The translations under genes and the position numbers were made by a program. From assembly GCA_964453525.1 (NCBI GenBank), contig CAYVOV010000002.1, forward strand, positions 10,189-74,188: a DNA stretch of 64,000 nucleotides, read 5' to 3'. Within the stretch, counting starts at the first letter, position 1; each line of letters begins with the position of its first letter. The notes under the pieces are model-generated. The model saw only the letters and a list, made by a program, of their open reading frames with translations. It searched no databases and had not been told where the DNA came from. Below, piece by piece: positions 29,168 through 39,549 of the stretch. This DNA comes from an uncultured Dehalococcoidales bacterium (lineage in GTDB: Bacteria; Chloroflexota; Dehalococcoidia; Dehalococcoidales; UBA2162).

Positions 29168-30978
29168 TCAGTAGCCCATCGATTTCTTCATGTCCTGGTC
29201 AACCCAAGCGTACCTGATTAATCCTACCCCCTGACCGTAGTGGTTTTTCAGCCAGGGCCACCAGAAAGCGTAGCTGTAGGGTAACGGGAAGGGTATAACA
29301 TAGGCTTGCTCCATGACGTAATGGTTAACCTTCTTAACCGCTTCGTAAACCCTGGGCATATCTACAAAGAGATACTCGTCCTGCTCGTTAAAGAGGTCTT
29401 CCAGATACGGGTCTGTTCCATACGGGCTGTTGATATGACTTATATTCAGTATCGCAGGGCCCCGGGTAAAAGCCTGATAAAGGTGCATGTTGAAAAACGA
29501 ACCCGGGAAGGTTCGATAGAGCATTTCATCGTATGGAACGCCGGCACCGACGTGTGCAGTATAAGCTCCTCCTTCTTTAATATCCAGCTCCAGCTCGACT
29601 CCTATTTTTGCCCACATCTCTTTTATTATTGATAGTTCATCGACACGCTCCGGAATAGACTGGACAATAATACTGGTCTTGAAACCATCGGGGTAGCCGG
29701 CTTCGGCCAGAAGTTGCTTTGCTTTATCTGGGTTATATTTGAAAAGCGTTTGAATCGCCTCCGGAAGCTTATCTAATGGCTCGTAGAAAATCAAGGTCGG
29801 ATTTGCCGGCCAGTTCACTATTTCAGCCTCACCAAGATAGTAGTCTTTCTTGATTATTTCGAAATCGGTAGCCATCATAAGCGCCTGGCGTACCCTGACA
29901 TCACTGTAAGGATTTTCTTCCTTTTCCTGCGCCATGCCGATTCCTTGCATTCCAGTTACGAATTTCACGTACTCGAGATCAGGAGCCGTCTTCCACAGGG
30001 TTTGGGCGTCAGTCAGCGTGACACCTGCTTGAAAGTCAAGCTTGCCGGTGCGCAGCGCTGCATAAGTAGTGGACAGGTCAGCTATTATCAGTTCCTTCAT
30101 CGCATCTGGATAAGGCAGCTGGTTTCCCTTACCAGGGCCTGCCGGGTCTTTTTCCCAGTAGTTCGGATTTTTCTTGTAATTTAGTACGCTTCCTGGAACA
30201 TAATCAACCAGCATGTAAGGTCCCGTCCCGACGGCGTTTCGCCAGTCTGCCACGTTACCATATTTGGTTATCACTTCGGGGGGATAGACCCGGAAAAATC
30301 CAGCCCCTTGGATTATCCATACAAATGCTGTCATTATTTCTTCAGGTGTCCTGATGGTTACTTGCATGGGACCTGTTTTTTCAATAGTTGCCGACGCTGT
30401 TACTTTCGGCTGTCCGCGTACTATCCATGAGTTGGGAGTATTCCCATCTTTGTTGAGCAAGTAGTTAAAGACGTATACGATATCATCCGCTGTCAATTCC
30501 CGGCCGGCCATCAGACGCCCGGCTTCACTATCGACGGGTTGCCAGTGGACACCCTTGCGAATGTTCAATACCCAGACACCTTTTTCGGGTATTTCCCAGC
30601 TCTCGGCAATCTGAGGCCCGTATGAGTCCTCTATTGAGCCGGCACCAGCGGCATAATTGGTAACTCCGCTGCCGGCAGGCCCTCTAAGCCAGTCGGAGCC
30701 CATGAATTGCTGATATACAGTATCCACCAATGCTCCGGGTGCGGCATCGTGGCGCTATCAAAATTAGTCGGATCCATTACAGAACGATAGGTAATAGTTC
30801 CGCCATACTTGGGCTTATCGGGAGAAGGTAATGTTTCTTCCTCTTCCTCTTCTTCCTCTTCACCGATTACAACCTCTTCTTCCTCCTCTTCTTCCTCTGC
30901 CGCCGGACCGCAAGACGCCATTACCAGGGATATCGCCATCAAACAGCTCACCATCAACCACACAACTTTCTTGGCCAT
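29168..30978 (-). pseudogene. ABC substrate-binding lipoprotein, family 5, paralog 3, frameshifted
   Basis: The N-terminal ORF (30631-30978: signal peptide, lipobox, poly-Glu tether, KYGGTITY) and the body ORF (29168-30730) overlap in different frames. Alignment to paralogs 1 and 2 places a 1-nt deletion near 30750-30754. Confidence 0.75.
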
Positions 30979-31549
30979 TTTAATTTCACTTCCTTCTTAG
31001 TAAACTGAAATTAATAACATCTCTTTCTGAAATATTTGTACTGACAGGTGTTTGTTAATCACCTTTTTCCCAAATGTCATATAAATCCCATTATATACCT
31101 CCCACTTTCACCAGCCCTGCCACAGACCTTCTTAACACCGGCTGACGTCCACCTCAGGTATCAGGTGAACGTCAGCCACCAGGCCAGGTATAAACGCCTG
31201 TAACATCCTGCTTCTTTTATAGCAGGGCTAGCTCATCTAAATTATAATCCTATATATATTCGCCCTTTTTGGCTTGTTTCCCGGAAATATTTCCCCTGCT
31301 ACAGATAAATTTTCAACCTCAAAAAAAGGACATCAGAAACCGTCAGTAAATTCGATGATTCCTGATGCCCTGTCCGGGCGGAGCATTTCCCCGCTCTAGC
31401 TCATATATTATTCTTTCCCAGCTTGGCGGGAGTATAGTCCATAGAAAGAGTTTTGTCAAGACGTGGGTGAAAATAATGGCTTCAGCCAGTAAAAACCGCT
31501 CCCGATATGGGAAAAACAGCCGGATTTTCTATCGACGAACTGGCAGCGG

Positions 31550-32698
31550 TCAGTTCCGCCTGCCCCACAATAGTACACCGCAAAACAGAGTAATTACCAC
31601 CATTGCTGCTCCCACGATGGAGAAACTGGTATTGAATCCGTAATTATCGATAATATAGCCGATTACCGGGGCTATTGCCGGACCTCCCCGGCTGCCCAGG
31701 TAATAGATACCTAGGACTGTAGAGCGGTTTTTCTCTGAAGTATTGCTGATAATGTAAGCCTCGGCTACAGGCATTCCGAGGTACATCGACGTGCCAATGA
31801 CAACAAGTATCACTGAAAAGCCGATACCGAAACCAACCAGGTTCAATAAATAAATCACCGGACCGGCAACCAGACCTACCGCCAGTATTACCGGTATCCT
31901 GCCGAATCGGTCAGATGCCCATCCGCCAAGCGGACCGGCCCAGAGTCCGCCTATATAGGCAAGGGACAGCATGGCCGCGGCAGCTTCCTCAGAGGCATCG
32001 AAGTTATCGACAATATAAAGCGGGATGAAGGATATAACGGAGTAAACAACAACCATCTGGCTGACGCCAAGGATAACAAGCGCCGTCAGCCGGCGAGTAT
32101 TCCCCGGCGTAGAAATCAACTCCGTATCACCGGAGATAGTTCCCTCTTTTTCTCCACCTGTATATACCAATCGCCCCAGCAGTATGTAGAAAGCGATACC
32201 AATAACAATAGCCGGGATAGAAATAGCGATGAACGTGCCGCGCCACCCGAGGGCACCGGCAATTCCGGCAGTTATCAGCGGTGCCAGGAAGAAGCTTGCG
32301 GAACCACCAATCTGGTGAAATCCCAGTGCCTTCCCCCGGTTCTCCTCGGTAGCCGAAGCGGAGACCATTGGCGCCGCCGCCGGGTGATAACCGCCACCGG
32401 CCAATCCCAGTATCACGAGTAACAGGCCGAGAATAATATAGTTCGGGGAGAGACCGATTAAAAGTCCGGTCACGGCTATTCCAGCGACACCGATGGTCAG
32501 GACAATGCGGTTTCCGATGCGGTCTGCCAGCCACCCACCGGGAAGCTGACCGACGCCATAGGCAAGGTTGTATGCCATAAGCAGCCATCCGGCCTGGGTA
32601 TAGTTCAGGGAAAAATCGTTGCGGATATAGGGCAGGAGGGGTGTTAGAAGCGCCGTCATAAGGTGATGGATAAAATGGGCAATTACAAAAAGAGGCAA
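31550..32698 (-). CDS. MFS transporter
   Basis: 382 aa, 12-TM pattern, GWLADRIGNR loop motif. The annotated TTG start truncates TM1. An in-frame ATC at 32735-32737 sits 5 nt after GGAGG. Confidence 0.8.
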   Translation of the reverse strand: MPLFVIAHFIHHLMTALLTPLLPYIRNDFSLNYTQAGWLLMAYNLAYGVGQLPGGWLADRIGNRIVLTIGVAGIAVTGLLIGLSPNYIILGLLLVILGLAGGGYHPAAAPMVSASATEENRGKALGFHQIGGSASFFLAPLITAGIAGALGWRGTFIAISIPAIVIGIAFYILLGRLVYTGGEKEGTISGDTELISTPGNTRRLTALVILGVSQMVVVYSVISFIPLYIVDNFDASEEAAAAMLSLAYIGGLWAGPLGGWASDRFGRIPVILAVGLVAGPVIYLLNLVGFGIGFSVILVVIGTSMYLGMPVAEAYIISNTSEKNRSTVLGIYYLGSRGGPAIAPVIGYIIDNYGFNTSFSIVGAAMVVITLFCGVLLWGRRN

Positions 32699-32769
32699 TA
32701 AACCGGTAAGGAACGAGAAAAATCGGTTATTTCTGATTTTATCCTCCTGACAGGTCTAAAAATACGTTT

Positions 32770-34179
32770 CTACCCTAACTTTATTTCTTGCTTCATATTA
32801 TAGTAATCCAGCGCTTTTCTCAAAGCAAAAGCACCGCGTTCCGGGGAAATGAATACAGGCACACCGCCGCTCTGGAAACCCTGAATTATCTCCCCGGCCA
32901 GCTTTACTCCATCGGGTGAAAATGACCAGGAGAGAATAACCATCACTGGTTTGAAGGTATTTCTGCTTATATCAATCACCGAATTAATATGTTCCTCCAT
33001 CGTGTCGCTGGAGCGTGCATTCATCAATAGCACCATACTGTCGATATTCTCGTCCCTAACCAGAATTTCCATGATGCGTTTCATCCGCCTGTTATTGGTA
33101 TTGGCGGTATCTACGGGATTTTGATAAGCCCCGCCTATCATGTCAAAGAATGTTGCCAGCTCATCATATGATTTCCTGGTAAGAGCGGGCACTTTCAGTC
33201 CGGCTTCGGTAAAAACATCAGCGGTTACTACCGATTGCCCTCCTGAACCTCCGGTTATTCCCACTCCTTCGCCCGGTACTTCCGGCAGGTAAGCGAGGGC
33301 TTTCAGGGTATCGATAAGCTCCTCCATTTTGGACACCCTGATAGCTCCACCCTGCCTGACGGCAGAGTCCCATATTGTTCTTGACACGGCCAGCGTCCTG
33401 GTATGAGAGGCACTGGCTCTTTCTCCTTCTACAGTGCGTCCGCCTTTCCATATAACCACCGGCTTTCTAGCAGAAACTTCTCTTAGCGCAGTGAGTAATC
33501 GTTTACCGTCCCTGACTCCTTCTATGTACATACCGATGGCTTTTATTTCCGGGTCCTGCCCGAAGTACTCCAGGTAATCGGGAGAATCAAGCACCGTCCC
33601 GTTACCAAAGCTCACCGCTTTATTAATATCCAGTCCCTGGAGATGTGCCTCACGGTTGAAGGTTACGGCGTGCATACCGCTCTGCGAGATTAAGCCCACA
33701 TGCCCGGAATAACTCTCAGTCCAGGCACTGCCGAGTCCCAGCCCGATTCCAGGATTGAAGACCCCCATGCAGTTGGGACCTATCAGGTGAAAGCTGGCTG
33801 CTTCCGCTTTTTCAACAAGCAGGCGCTCGAGTTTAATCCCTTCCTCGGAATTGCTTTCGGAAAAGCCGGCGGTAAAAAAATGAGCGGCGGTAACATCCTT
33901 ACGGATGCAATCATCAAGGATTTTTGGAGTTACTGCCCTGGGTACGGCAACAATAACAAGGTCTACCGGCTCAGGAATATCCAGCAAGCTGGTATAATTC
34001 TCCACCCCCATGGCTTCTATACCCTCGATTTCTTTCGGGTCGACCTGCACTGAATAGAGTTTGCCCTTGAAGTTGCTATTGGAGCGGGACCACATAAAGT
34101 TGTTTTCACCCTTATCGCCCACAATGGCAACGCACTTGGGATTAAAAGCCCTGTCAAGTTTGCTGAAATCTACCTTCAT
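32770..34179 (-). CDS. Acyl-CoA synthetase (NDP-forming), alpha/CoA-binding subunit-like
   Basis: CoA-binding N-domain (VAIVG...) and a succinyl-CoA-synthetase-like flavodoxin domain (GPNCMG, SQSG, His-loop-like ASHT). Confidence 0.75.
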   Translation of the reverse strand: MKVDFSKLDRAFNPKCVAIVGDKGENNFMWSRSNSNFKGKLYSVQVDPKEIEGIEAMGVENYTSLLDIPEPVDLVIVAVPRAVTPKILDDCIRKDVTAAHFFTAGFSESNSEEGIKLERLLVEKAEAASFHLIGPNCMGVFNPGIGLGLGSAWTESYSGHVGLISQSGMHAVTFNREAHLQGLDINKAVSFGNGTVLDSPDYLEYFGQDPEIKAIGMYIEGVRDGKRLLTALREVSARKPVVIWKGGRTVEGERASASHTRTLAVSRTIWDSAVRQGGAIRVSKMEELIDTLKALAYLPEVPGEGVGITGGSGGQSVVTADVFTEAGLKVPALTRKSYDELATFFDMIGGAYQNPVDTANTNNRRMKRIMEILVRDENIDSMVLLMNARSSDTMEEHINSVIDISRNTFKPVMVILSWSFSPDGVKLAGEIIQGFQSGGVPVFISPERGAFALRKALDYYNMKQEIKLG

Positions 34180-34406
34180 TTAGTTTCTTCCTTTTATCCC
34201 GGCCGGTGCATATGGACTCTATAATACCATACTTTTTAATTCTGTGGCCGGGATTTTGTCTGACCTGAATACGCGTGGTTGGACCGTAGCATAATAGCAT
34301 AAATGTAATTAAAAAGCCCCCTGTTTCTCTGAGACTTCAAGGACTTTATAGCCTGTAAACCGCCAATAGAAGCCGGATTAAAAGGTAAAGGTTGAAAACG
34401 AGCGGG

Positions 34407-34835
34407 TTATTTACGCAATCCGGGTGAATCCAGCCAGAAACCAGCGAGTTTCATCTCGTTATCTTCTTCCTGGAAAACCGCCCTTACCGTAACGGTGCCC
34501 GGTTCTTCTGTAAACTTCGCATCGTAATAGGCTACTTCATAGCCGTTTTCCACTTTTACCGAAGTAAAAGTCTTGCTCACATAAGTACCGATTTTCCCTG
34601 TAATAAGCTGATTCGCCTGCCGGAAAGCGTCTTCTGTCAACTGGCTCCGGGCTTCATCGTTAAAGAGATTGACATACCTATCGTAATCTCCGCTGCTGAT
34701 GCTCTTCAGTGCACTTTCCACAACGGGCACGGCATAGTCCGGCTCTTCCGCCGGCTCAGTATTCGTGCCACAGCCACTGAAGGCAGTAAATAAAAGCGTT
34801 AGAACAAGTGATATGCAGAAAATCAGATTCTTCAA
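34407..34835 (-). CDS. Hypothetical lipoprotein (DUF3887-like)
   Basis: Lipobox FSGCG and an NTF2-like/DUF3887-like pattern. Confidence 0.5.
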   Translation of the reverse strand: MKNLIFCISLVLTLLFTAFSGCGTNTEPAEEPDYAVPVVESALKSISSGDYDRYVNLFNDEARSQLTEDAFRQANQLITGKIGTYVSKTFTSVKVENGYEVAYYDAKFTEEPGTVTVRAVFQEEDNEMKLAGFWLDSPGLRK

Positions 34836-34972
34836 GCATCTCTCCCCGCAAATATATTATTTAAATAACTATGACTCTCCACGCCGGTTTCAAAAAGACG
34901 CAGCATCTCTTTATCCTCCGTATCAACTACAGGAGGACTTCCTCCAACATACCCCGGTAAAGAAAAACCGCT

Positions 34973-35410
34973 CTAACTCTTTACTTCTCTGTCGTAAGTT
35001 TTCTGGGGCCCGGTGGCTAAAAACCAGATAGGATAATCCACTCGTCTGAAATATACCGGGCAGTGCTCAAGCCCTGCCGGACAAAATACCATGCAGCTTT
35101 TAGTGATTATATGTTTCTCGCCGCCAAGATAGAGTTCTATCTCTCCGCCCAAATCCAGAGGGTCGTCCGGATTGGTGCCGATAAATCCAAGATATTCATC
35201 GAAGTCGTGCGAGTGCGCCTTGTCCGGATGGGGTTCATCCGAAGCCTTATACCACCAGGTACCCATGAAATAGTAGCCGCCTTTGACAATCTCACCGTCC
35301 ACATACACGTTGACTTTTCGAATATCTCCTGTCTCTTTCCATCCTTCAATATCCTGGTCCCGCGGTTTTGTAACTATATATTTTCCGTACTTTGTCTCAG
35401 CCATTTTCAC
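34973..35410 (-). CDS. Cupin-like hypothetical protein, paralog B
   Basis: HSHDFDEYLGFIG ... CPAGLEHCPVYFRRVDYPIWF aligns with 12108-12569. Confidence 0.6.
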   Translation of the reverse strand: MKMAETKYGKYIVTKPRDQDIEGWKETGDIRKVNVYVDGEIVKGGYYFMGTWWYKASDEPHPDKAHSHDFDEYLGFIGTNPDDPLDLGGEIELYLGGEKHIITKSCMVFCPAGLEHCPVYFRRVDYPIWFLATGPQKTYDREVKS

Positions 35411-35658
35411 TCCTCCTTTATAGAGCGTTTTTTATGTCCACCATTATACTCCGAACATCAGGAAAGTAACACAGATATATAAGACAGTCAACCGGTATAA
35501 GCGTGTGGAAACAATATCATCAAAAACAGAGAGGCAAAATCACTTCACCAATGGACTTTGTAGCTAGAGTCAGCTTCGAAAGGGGTGAATGACGATCAGG
35601 TTGACAGCGTAATAAGTCGGTGATAGATTTGAGCCAAATAGAGAAAGGGGGTCTCAAC

Positions 35659-35751
35659 ATGGCTAAATACCTGATTGAGGAAACTTTTTCATCTCAGGCA
35701 GCAGCAGGTGTAATGCAGAAGCCTTCCTGGGAGTATACGACACTCGGTTGA
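35659..35751 (+). pseudogene. Truncated GYD-domain gene fragment
   Basis: MAKYLIEETFSSQAAAGVMQKPS... matches the N-terminus of GYD-family proteins but stops after 30 codons. It coincides with the apparent composition shift. Confidence 0.45.
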
Positions 35752-35820
35752 GTCCCGACAAGCCCCTTTTCGCGACGTGGCGTTTCTGGGTACAGGCACA
35801 GACTCCTTTATGCTCATCTC

Positions 35821-36576
35821 TTGTTGATGAAAGGTGAACAGAGGTATAATACCCATAATAAATCAGCAAAAGGCAGATTCATGACTGATATAGAAAGGAC
35901 TTCCCCACTTCCACCAAGACTCAAACGGTTATCTGACCGTATGCGTGAACTCATCAATGAAGGCAGGAGCGTTGCGGAACTAGAAAGGCCGTCAGAGTAT
36001 GGAACCGAATACATCATGGACAAACCTGCCCTCCATTCATGGCTGTCTAAAGTCGTTAACATAATAGAAACGAGTTTTGGAGTACAGAGTTCTCAATCTC
36101 GCCATCTCTCCCAACTTATGCCGAACGGGATTCAATTTGTTGAACATTCCCACGAGGTGCTTTCGATTGTTGGCTTACTGTCTGGCGCTCTCAATGACCT
36201 TGAAGGCGGGTACCTTCTTAAACAAGAATTCTTTATAGCGGGAGACCTATTTGATTCCATTCTTGAGCAAGCTAAGCATCTAAATCAAACTGGTTATAAA
36301 GACCCTGCTGCCGTACTTGGACGTGTGGTACTTGAAGACGCTCTTCGTCGCATCGCAAAGCGAGAAAGCTTGGATTCAAGTGGTAAGGCTAGCGCAATCA
36401 ACGACTCGCTTAAGAATGAAGGCATATATGCACAACCGAGATGGCGTATGGTTCAGGCATGGTTAGACATAGGTAATGCTGCCGCGCATGGTAAGACAGA
36501 TGACTTTACTGAACAAGATGTTACTAAAATGATAGAGGGTATTACTGAATTCCTAGCCGATAACTTTAAAGTCTGA
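35821..36576 (+). CDS. DUF4145/HEPN-like domain protein
   Basis: The C-terminal WLDIGNAAAHGK motif resembles DUF4145. The start is uncertain (TTG 35821, ATG 35827 or ATG 35881). Confidence 0.55.
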   Translation: MLMKGEQRYNTHNKSAKGRFMTDIERTSPLPPRLKRLSDRMRELINEGRSVAELERPSEYGTEYIMDKPALHSWLSKVVNIIETSFGVQSSQSRHLSQLMPNGIQFVEHSHEVLSIVGLLSGALNDLEGGYLLKQEFFIAGDLFDSILEQAKHLNQTGYKDPAAVLGRVVLEDALRRIAKRESLDSSGKASAINDSLKNEGIYAQPRWRMVQAWLDIGNAAAHGKTDDFTEQDVTKMIEGITEFLADNFKV

Positions 36577-36602
36577 GTTATCACTGGAGGTGATCAGCAG
36601 CG

Positions 36603-37184
36603 TTGGACGCCTTAACATTTGTATCTAATCTAATCTCATCTATTATTTGGCCACTCATTGTGATCTTTATTGTTATTCTCCTTAGGAACCCTCTCCGAGA
36701 GCTTATTCGTGACTTGGGGCGGAGGCTTCATAGCATCAAGTTTCCGGGAGGTGAAGCCGAATTCTCGCAGGAGTTGGCTGAAATCAGGGAAGCTGCTGAT
36801 GAGGCTAATCTTCCTCCTGTAGAAGCTGTGCCAATAGGTGAACCTTTATTATTGAGGGTAGAAGGAGATGTAAGCCAATGGGCTAGGCTAGCGGAATTGT
36901 CTCCAACGGCCGCGATAACCGAGGTATGGCGGCAGGTTGAAAATGCGATGCGCGAGGCGGCTAGAAGATTTGAAATCCCAGAGTCGGAGACCCATTCCGC
37001 AATCGCACTGATTAGAGCATTGGGGAAGCGTCAAGCTCTCAGTGCTGAAACGATTGCCATAGTTAGCGACTTGAGAGGTATTCGTAATACTGCGGCGCAT
37101 GGGATGAAGGTTGAGATATCACAGTCGGATGCAATTGAATATATTTCACTCGCAAGAAGAATCATTGCCGCGTTACAGGTTTAA
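36603..37184 (+). CDS. Membrane-anchored HEPN/DUF4145-like protein
   Basis: N-terminal TM helix. The C-terminal LRGIRNTAAHG fits the HEPN Rx4H motif. TTG start after GGAGGTG. Confidence 0.55.
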   Translation: MDALTFVSNLISSIIWPLIVIFIVILLRNPLRELIRDLGRRLHSIKFPGGEAEFSQELAEIREAADEANLPPVEAVPIGEPLLLRVEGDVSQWARLAELSPTAAITEVWRQVENAMREAARRFEIPESETHSAIALIRALGKRQALSAETIAIVSDLRGIRNTAAHGMKVEISQSDAIEYISLARRIIAALQV

Positions 37185-37201
37185 CAATCTGACAGCATAC
37201 C

Positions 37202-37939
37202 CTATGCAATATGTTTTCGACTCAGTACTCCATCCACAATCACATAATTCCGCATCAAGTTGGTTTCTTTATCTATGAAGTAACGCATCCAAGCAAGTGA
37301 CTTGAGGGCGTCTTCTTTGGGAGTCAGCCCATGTCCATGTGCGTAATCGTTTCGTAAGTCTGCCATACTTTTGCATAAATCAAGAGTCTCTGATGAGAGG
37401 ACTTGATTCTTCTGCAATATACTTCTTACTTGCTTCATATTGTGATTCCGTGTGGCACCATAGGGTGCAGCTTTGTCCCGCTGGAACCTTTCAAATGAAA
37501 TCCCGCACATTGCTACACAAGCATAGAAGTGCCCATCAACAAAAACATCCCTGACCTCTCTTATAAGCTTACAATAAGAGCCGTCTTCCATAAGCAAAGG
37601 CGGCAGTTGAGAAAGCCTTTCCAATTTATCATCAGGTGGTGTACCTTGCGTGTCAGATGACAGTTCTGCAGCCTGCTCCTGTAAATTCTTCGACAGTTTC
37701 TCTCTTAACTCACGCTTGGCTGAATTGGGTCTGAAGTCAACATAGGCAGGTTGCGTTTGTCCACTGACGCTCACAATCGCCTCGCCACATTCCTGAATCC
37801 ACCCGTAATGACCCATAGGCAAGTTGACCTGAGTGATACCAAGGACTTGGGATAAGTCCGTACCACTGTATGCACATACCGTGTAAGGTGCAGCACCAGG
37901 AACCTGACAGACTATGCTGTACTGTGTAAGAATACTCAT
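37202..37939 (-). CDS. HEPN/DUF4145-like protein
   Basis: C-terminal MADLRNDYAHGHG (Rx4H). Confidence 0.5.
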   Translation of the reverse strand: MSILTQYSIVCQVPGAAPYTVCAYSGTDLSQVLGITQVNLPMGHYGWIQECGEAIVSVSGQTQPAYVDFRPNSAKRELREKLSKNLQEQAAELSSDTQGTPPDDKLERLSQLPPLLMEDGSYCKLIREVRDVFVDGHFYACVAMCGISFERFQRDKAAPYGATRNHNMKQVRSILQKNQVLSSETLDLCKSMADLRNDYAHGHGLTPKEDALKSLAWMRYFIDKETNLMRNYVIVDGVLSRKHIA

Positions 37940-38327
37940 TTCAATACTGTGAAGCTAGTTCGCAAGATAAAAGAAAAAATGCAGTGATTGAATTCACTTT
38001 TCTCCTATTATGGGCTATAGGCACTTGCTTCATATATAGATACTGGCTATGTATCATTTTACACCGTTGAGCCATTAAGCTAAAGTGCCTTTGCCCAACT
38101 TCCATGATTCCAATAATCCAGCGTGCTAGTGCCTTTTCATCAGTCAGGCATGAAACGGATGCCGTTGGCTGGAATGGAAAGGCATGGCTAGTGATATTCT
38201 TTCCAATGTGACCCACGCCCGACTATACTGTCCTTAAACGCCCCTAAACGCCCGTAACCGCCGTGTACGAATCTGCTGAAATGCGCCATTATTATTACAG
38301 AACGCGAGACAAAGGAGGTAAAAAGAA

Positions 38328-38606
38328 ATGGCGAGAGATAAGCAGCATGTGTTCTCCGCCAGGACGACGGAGAAGGGGTTGAGGCTCCTCAACCAGATCA
38401 AGGCGGAGAAGGGCATCGGCTGGGATGACCTTGTATTGGACGCCGTCTGTGGCCAGTATGGGCTGGACAAGGCGGTGATGGCGCTGCCGAAGAAAGAGAA
38501 ACCCGCCAAGGAAGAGAAAAACGGCGAAATGTCCTCAGAGCAGACCACCGAAGAGCACTCGGCTGAAGAAAAAGTCCCAGTGAAAAAACAGGAAAAGAAA
38601 AAATAA
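38328..38606 (+). CDS. Small hypothetical protein with Lys/Glu-rich tail
   Basis: Strong RBS AAAGGAGGT 8 nt upstream of the ATG. I prefer it over the overlapping antisense ORF. Confidence 0.5.
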   Translation: MARDKQHVFSARTTEKGLRLLNQIKAEKGIGWDDLVLDAVCGQYGLDKAVMALPKKEKPAKEEKNGEMSSEQTTEEHSAEEKVPVKKQEKKK

Positions 38607-39018
38607 ACAGCGGAGGGCAAGGCGGTTGATTCACATGGTGGGGGCTATAAAATGAAGGGACCGCCCATTTCTGAGCGGCCCTGCCCTTTCACTAGGACAA
38701 CTGAATCACGGCAAGAACGAAGATTGCAAAGGTGACGTATAGAAATATGAATCCAATGAGTCCAGTAATATCATCCGTGTCGACTAACCTCTCTACGTAT
38801 TCAGGAAAAGGATTGGTAGCCCGAGTTATTTAATAGATAGAACTTTCCGCATGGAATTCGCACTGGTATAAAAATTAAAATTAATAATCTTTAAAGGTAA
38901 CAAAACAAGCTTTTGTGATCTACTCGTCTCTAGACGGTTGACGTAAGTTTAAGTAGACACTAAGATTTACCTCATAAACGTAATACTAGAGTGATCGACA
39001 AGGAGGGACAGTAAGAAA

Positions 39019-39318
39019 ATGGAGGAGATAACAGGCAAGTTTCCAAATTACGAGGTAAGCATAAAGGTCATATCTCAGGAAAATATCTGCACAGTTGGGC
39101 ATAAGGTTGGTGATGAATGGGTAATTAAGGGTAAAGATTGCCAATGGAAAGCTCCCAGTATTTGTATGTTTGCTCTAGCATCTATATTTCCCACCTTGCA
39201 GATGATGATGTATGGTGGCTCTTTCCCTTGGGAACCTGATTCTGAAACAGCTCTCGTTGCCTGTCCTGATCCGAGGAGTCCTGCAGTTTTCGAACTTAAA
39301 CGAACAGGAAAAGCTTAG
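39019..39318 (+). CDS. TIGR04076-like small Cys protein
   Basis: C..GH.VGD...PS.C..A...FP......G..PW.....VACPD....VFELKR pattern. Confidence 0.55.
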   Translation: MEEITGKFPNYEVSIKVISQENICTVGHKVGDEWVIKGKDCQWKAPSICMFALASIFPTLQMMMYGGSFPWEPDSETALVACPDPRSPAVFELKRTGKA

Positions 39319-39549
39319 CTAAAGCCTACCAAATGCAAAAATGCCCTCCAAACCTATGCTAATATAGTAATTCTTACATGTAATCGCCTTCTCAAAATCG
39401 TAAAGTAGAAAGGTATTGAATATTTGTACTCCAAAGTACGTGTAATGGAAAGCGGCCCGGCATGAACTTTAGAGCGTCGTGTAATCAGTTCATATTGTCT
39501 CTGCGGAGTGGTACAATGTTATTTACTATCTATCGGAGTTTTATGATAT

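Noticed and set aside
38234-38620. 128-aa minus-strand ORF
   Set aside because: It is antisense to the 92-aa plus-strand ORF, which has a strong Shine-Dalgarno. Its composition is Ser/Phe/Cys-rich and shadow-like.
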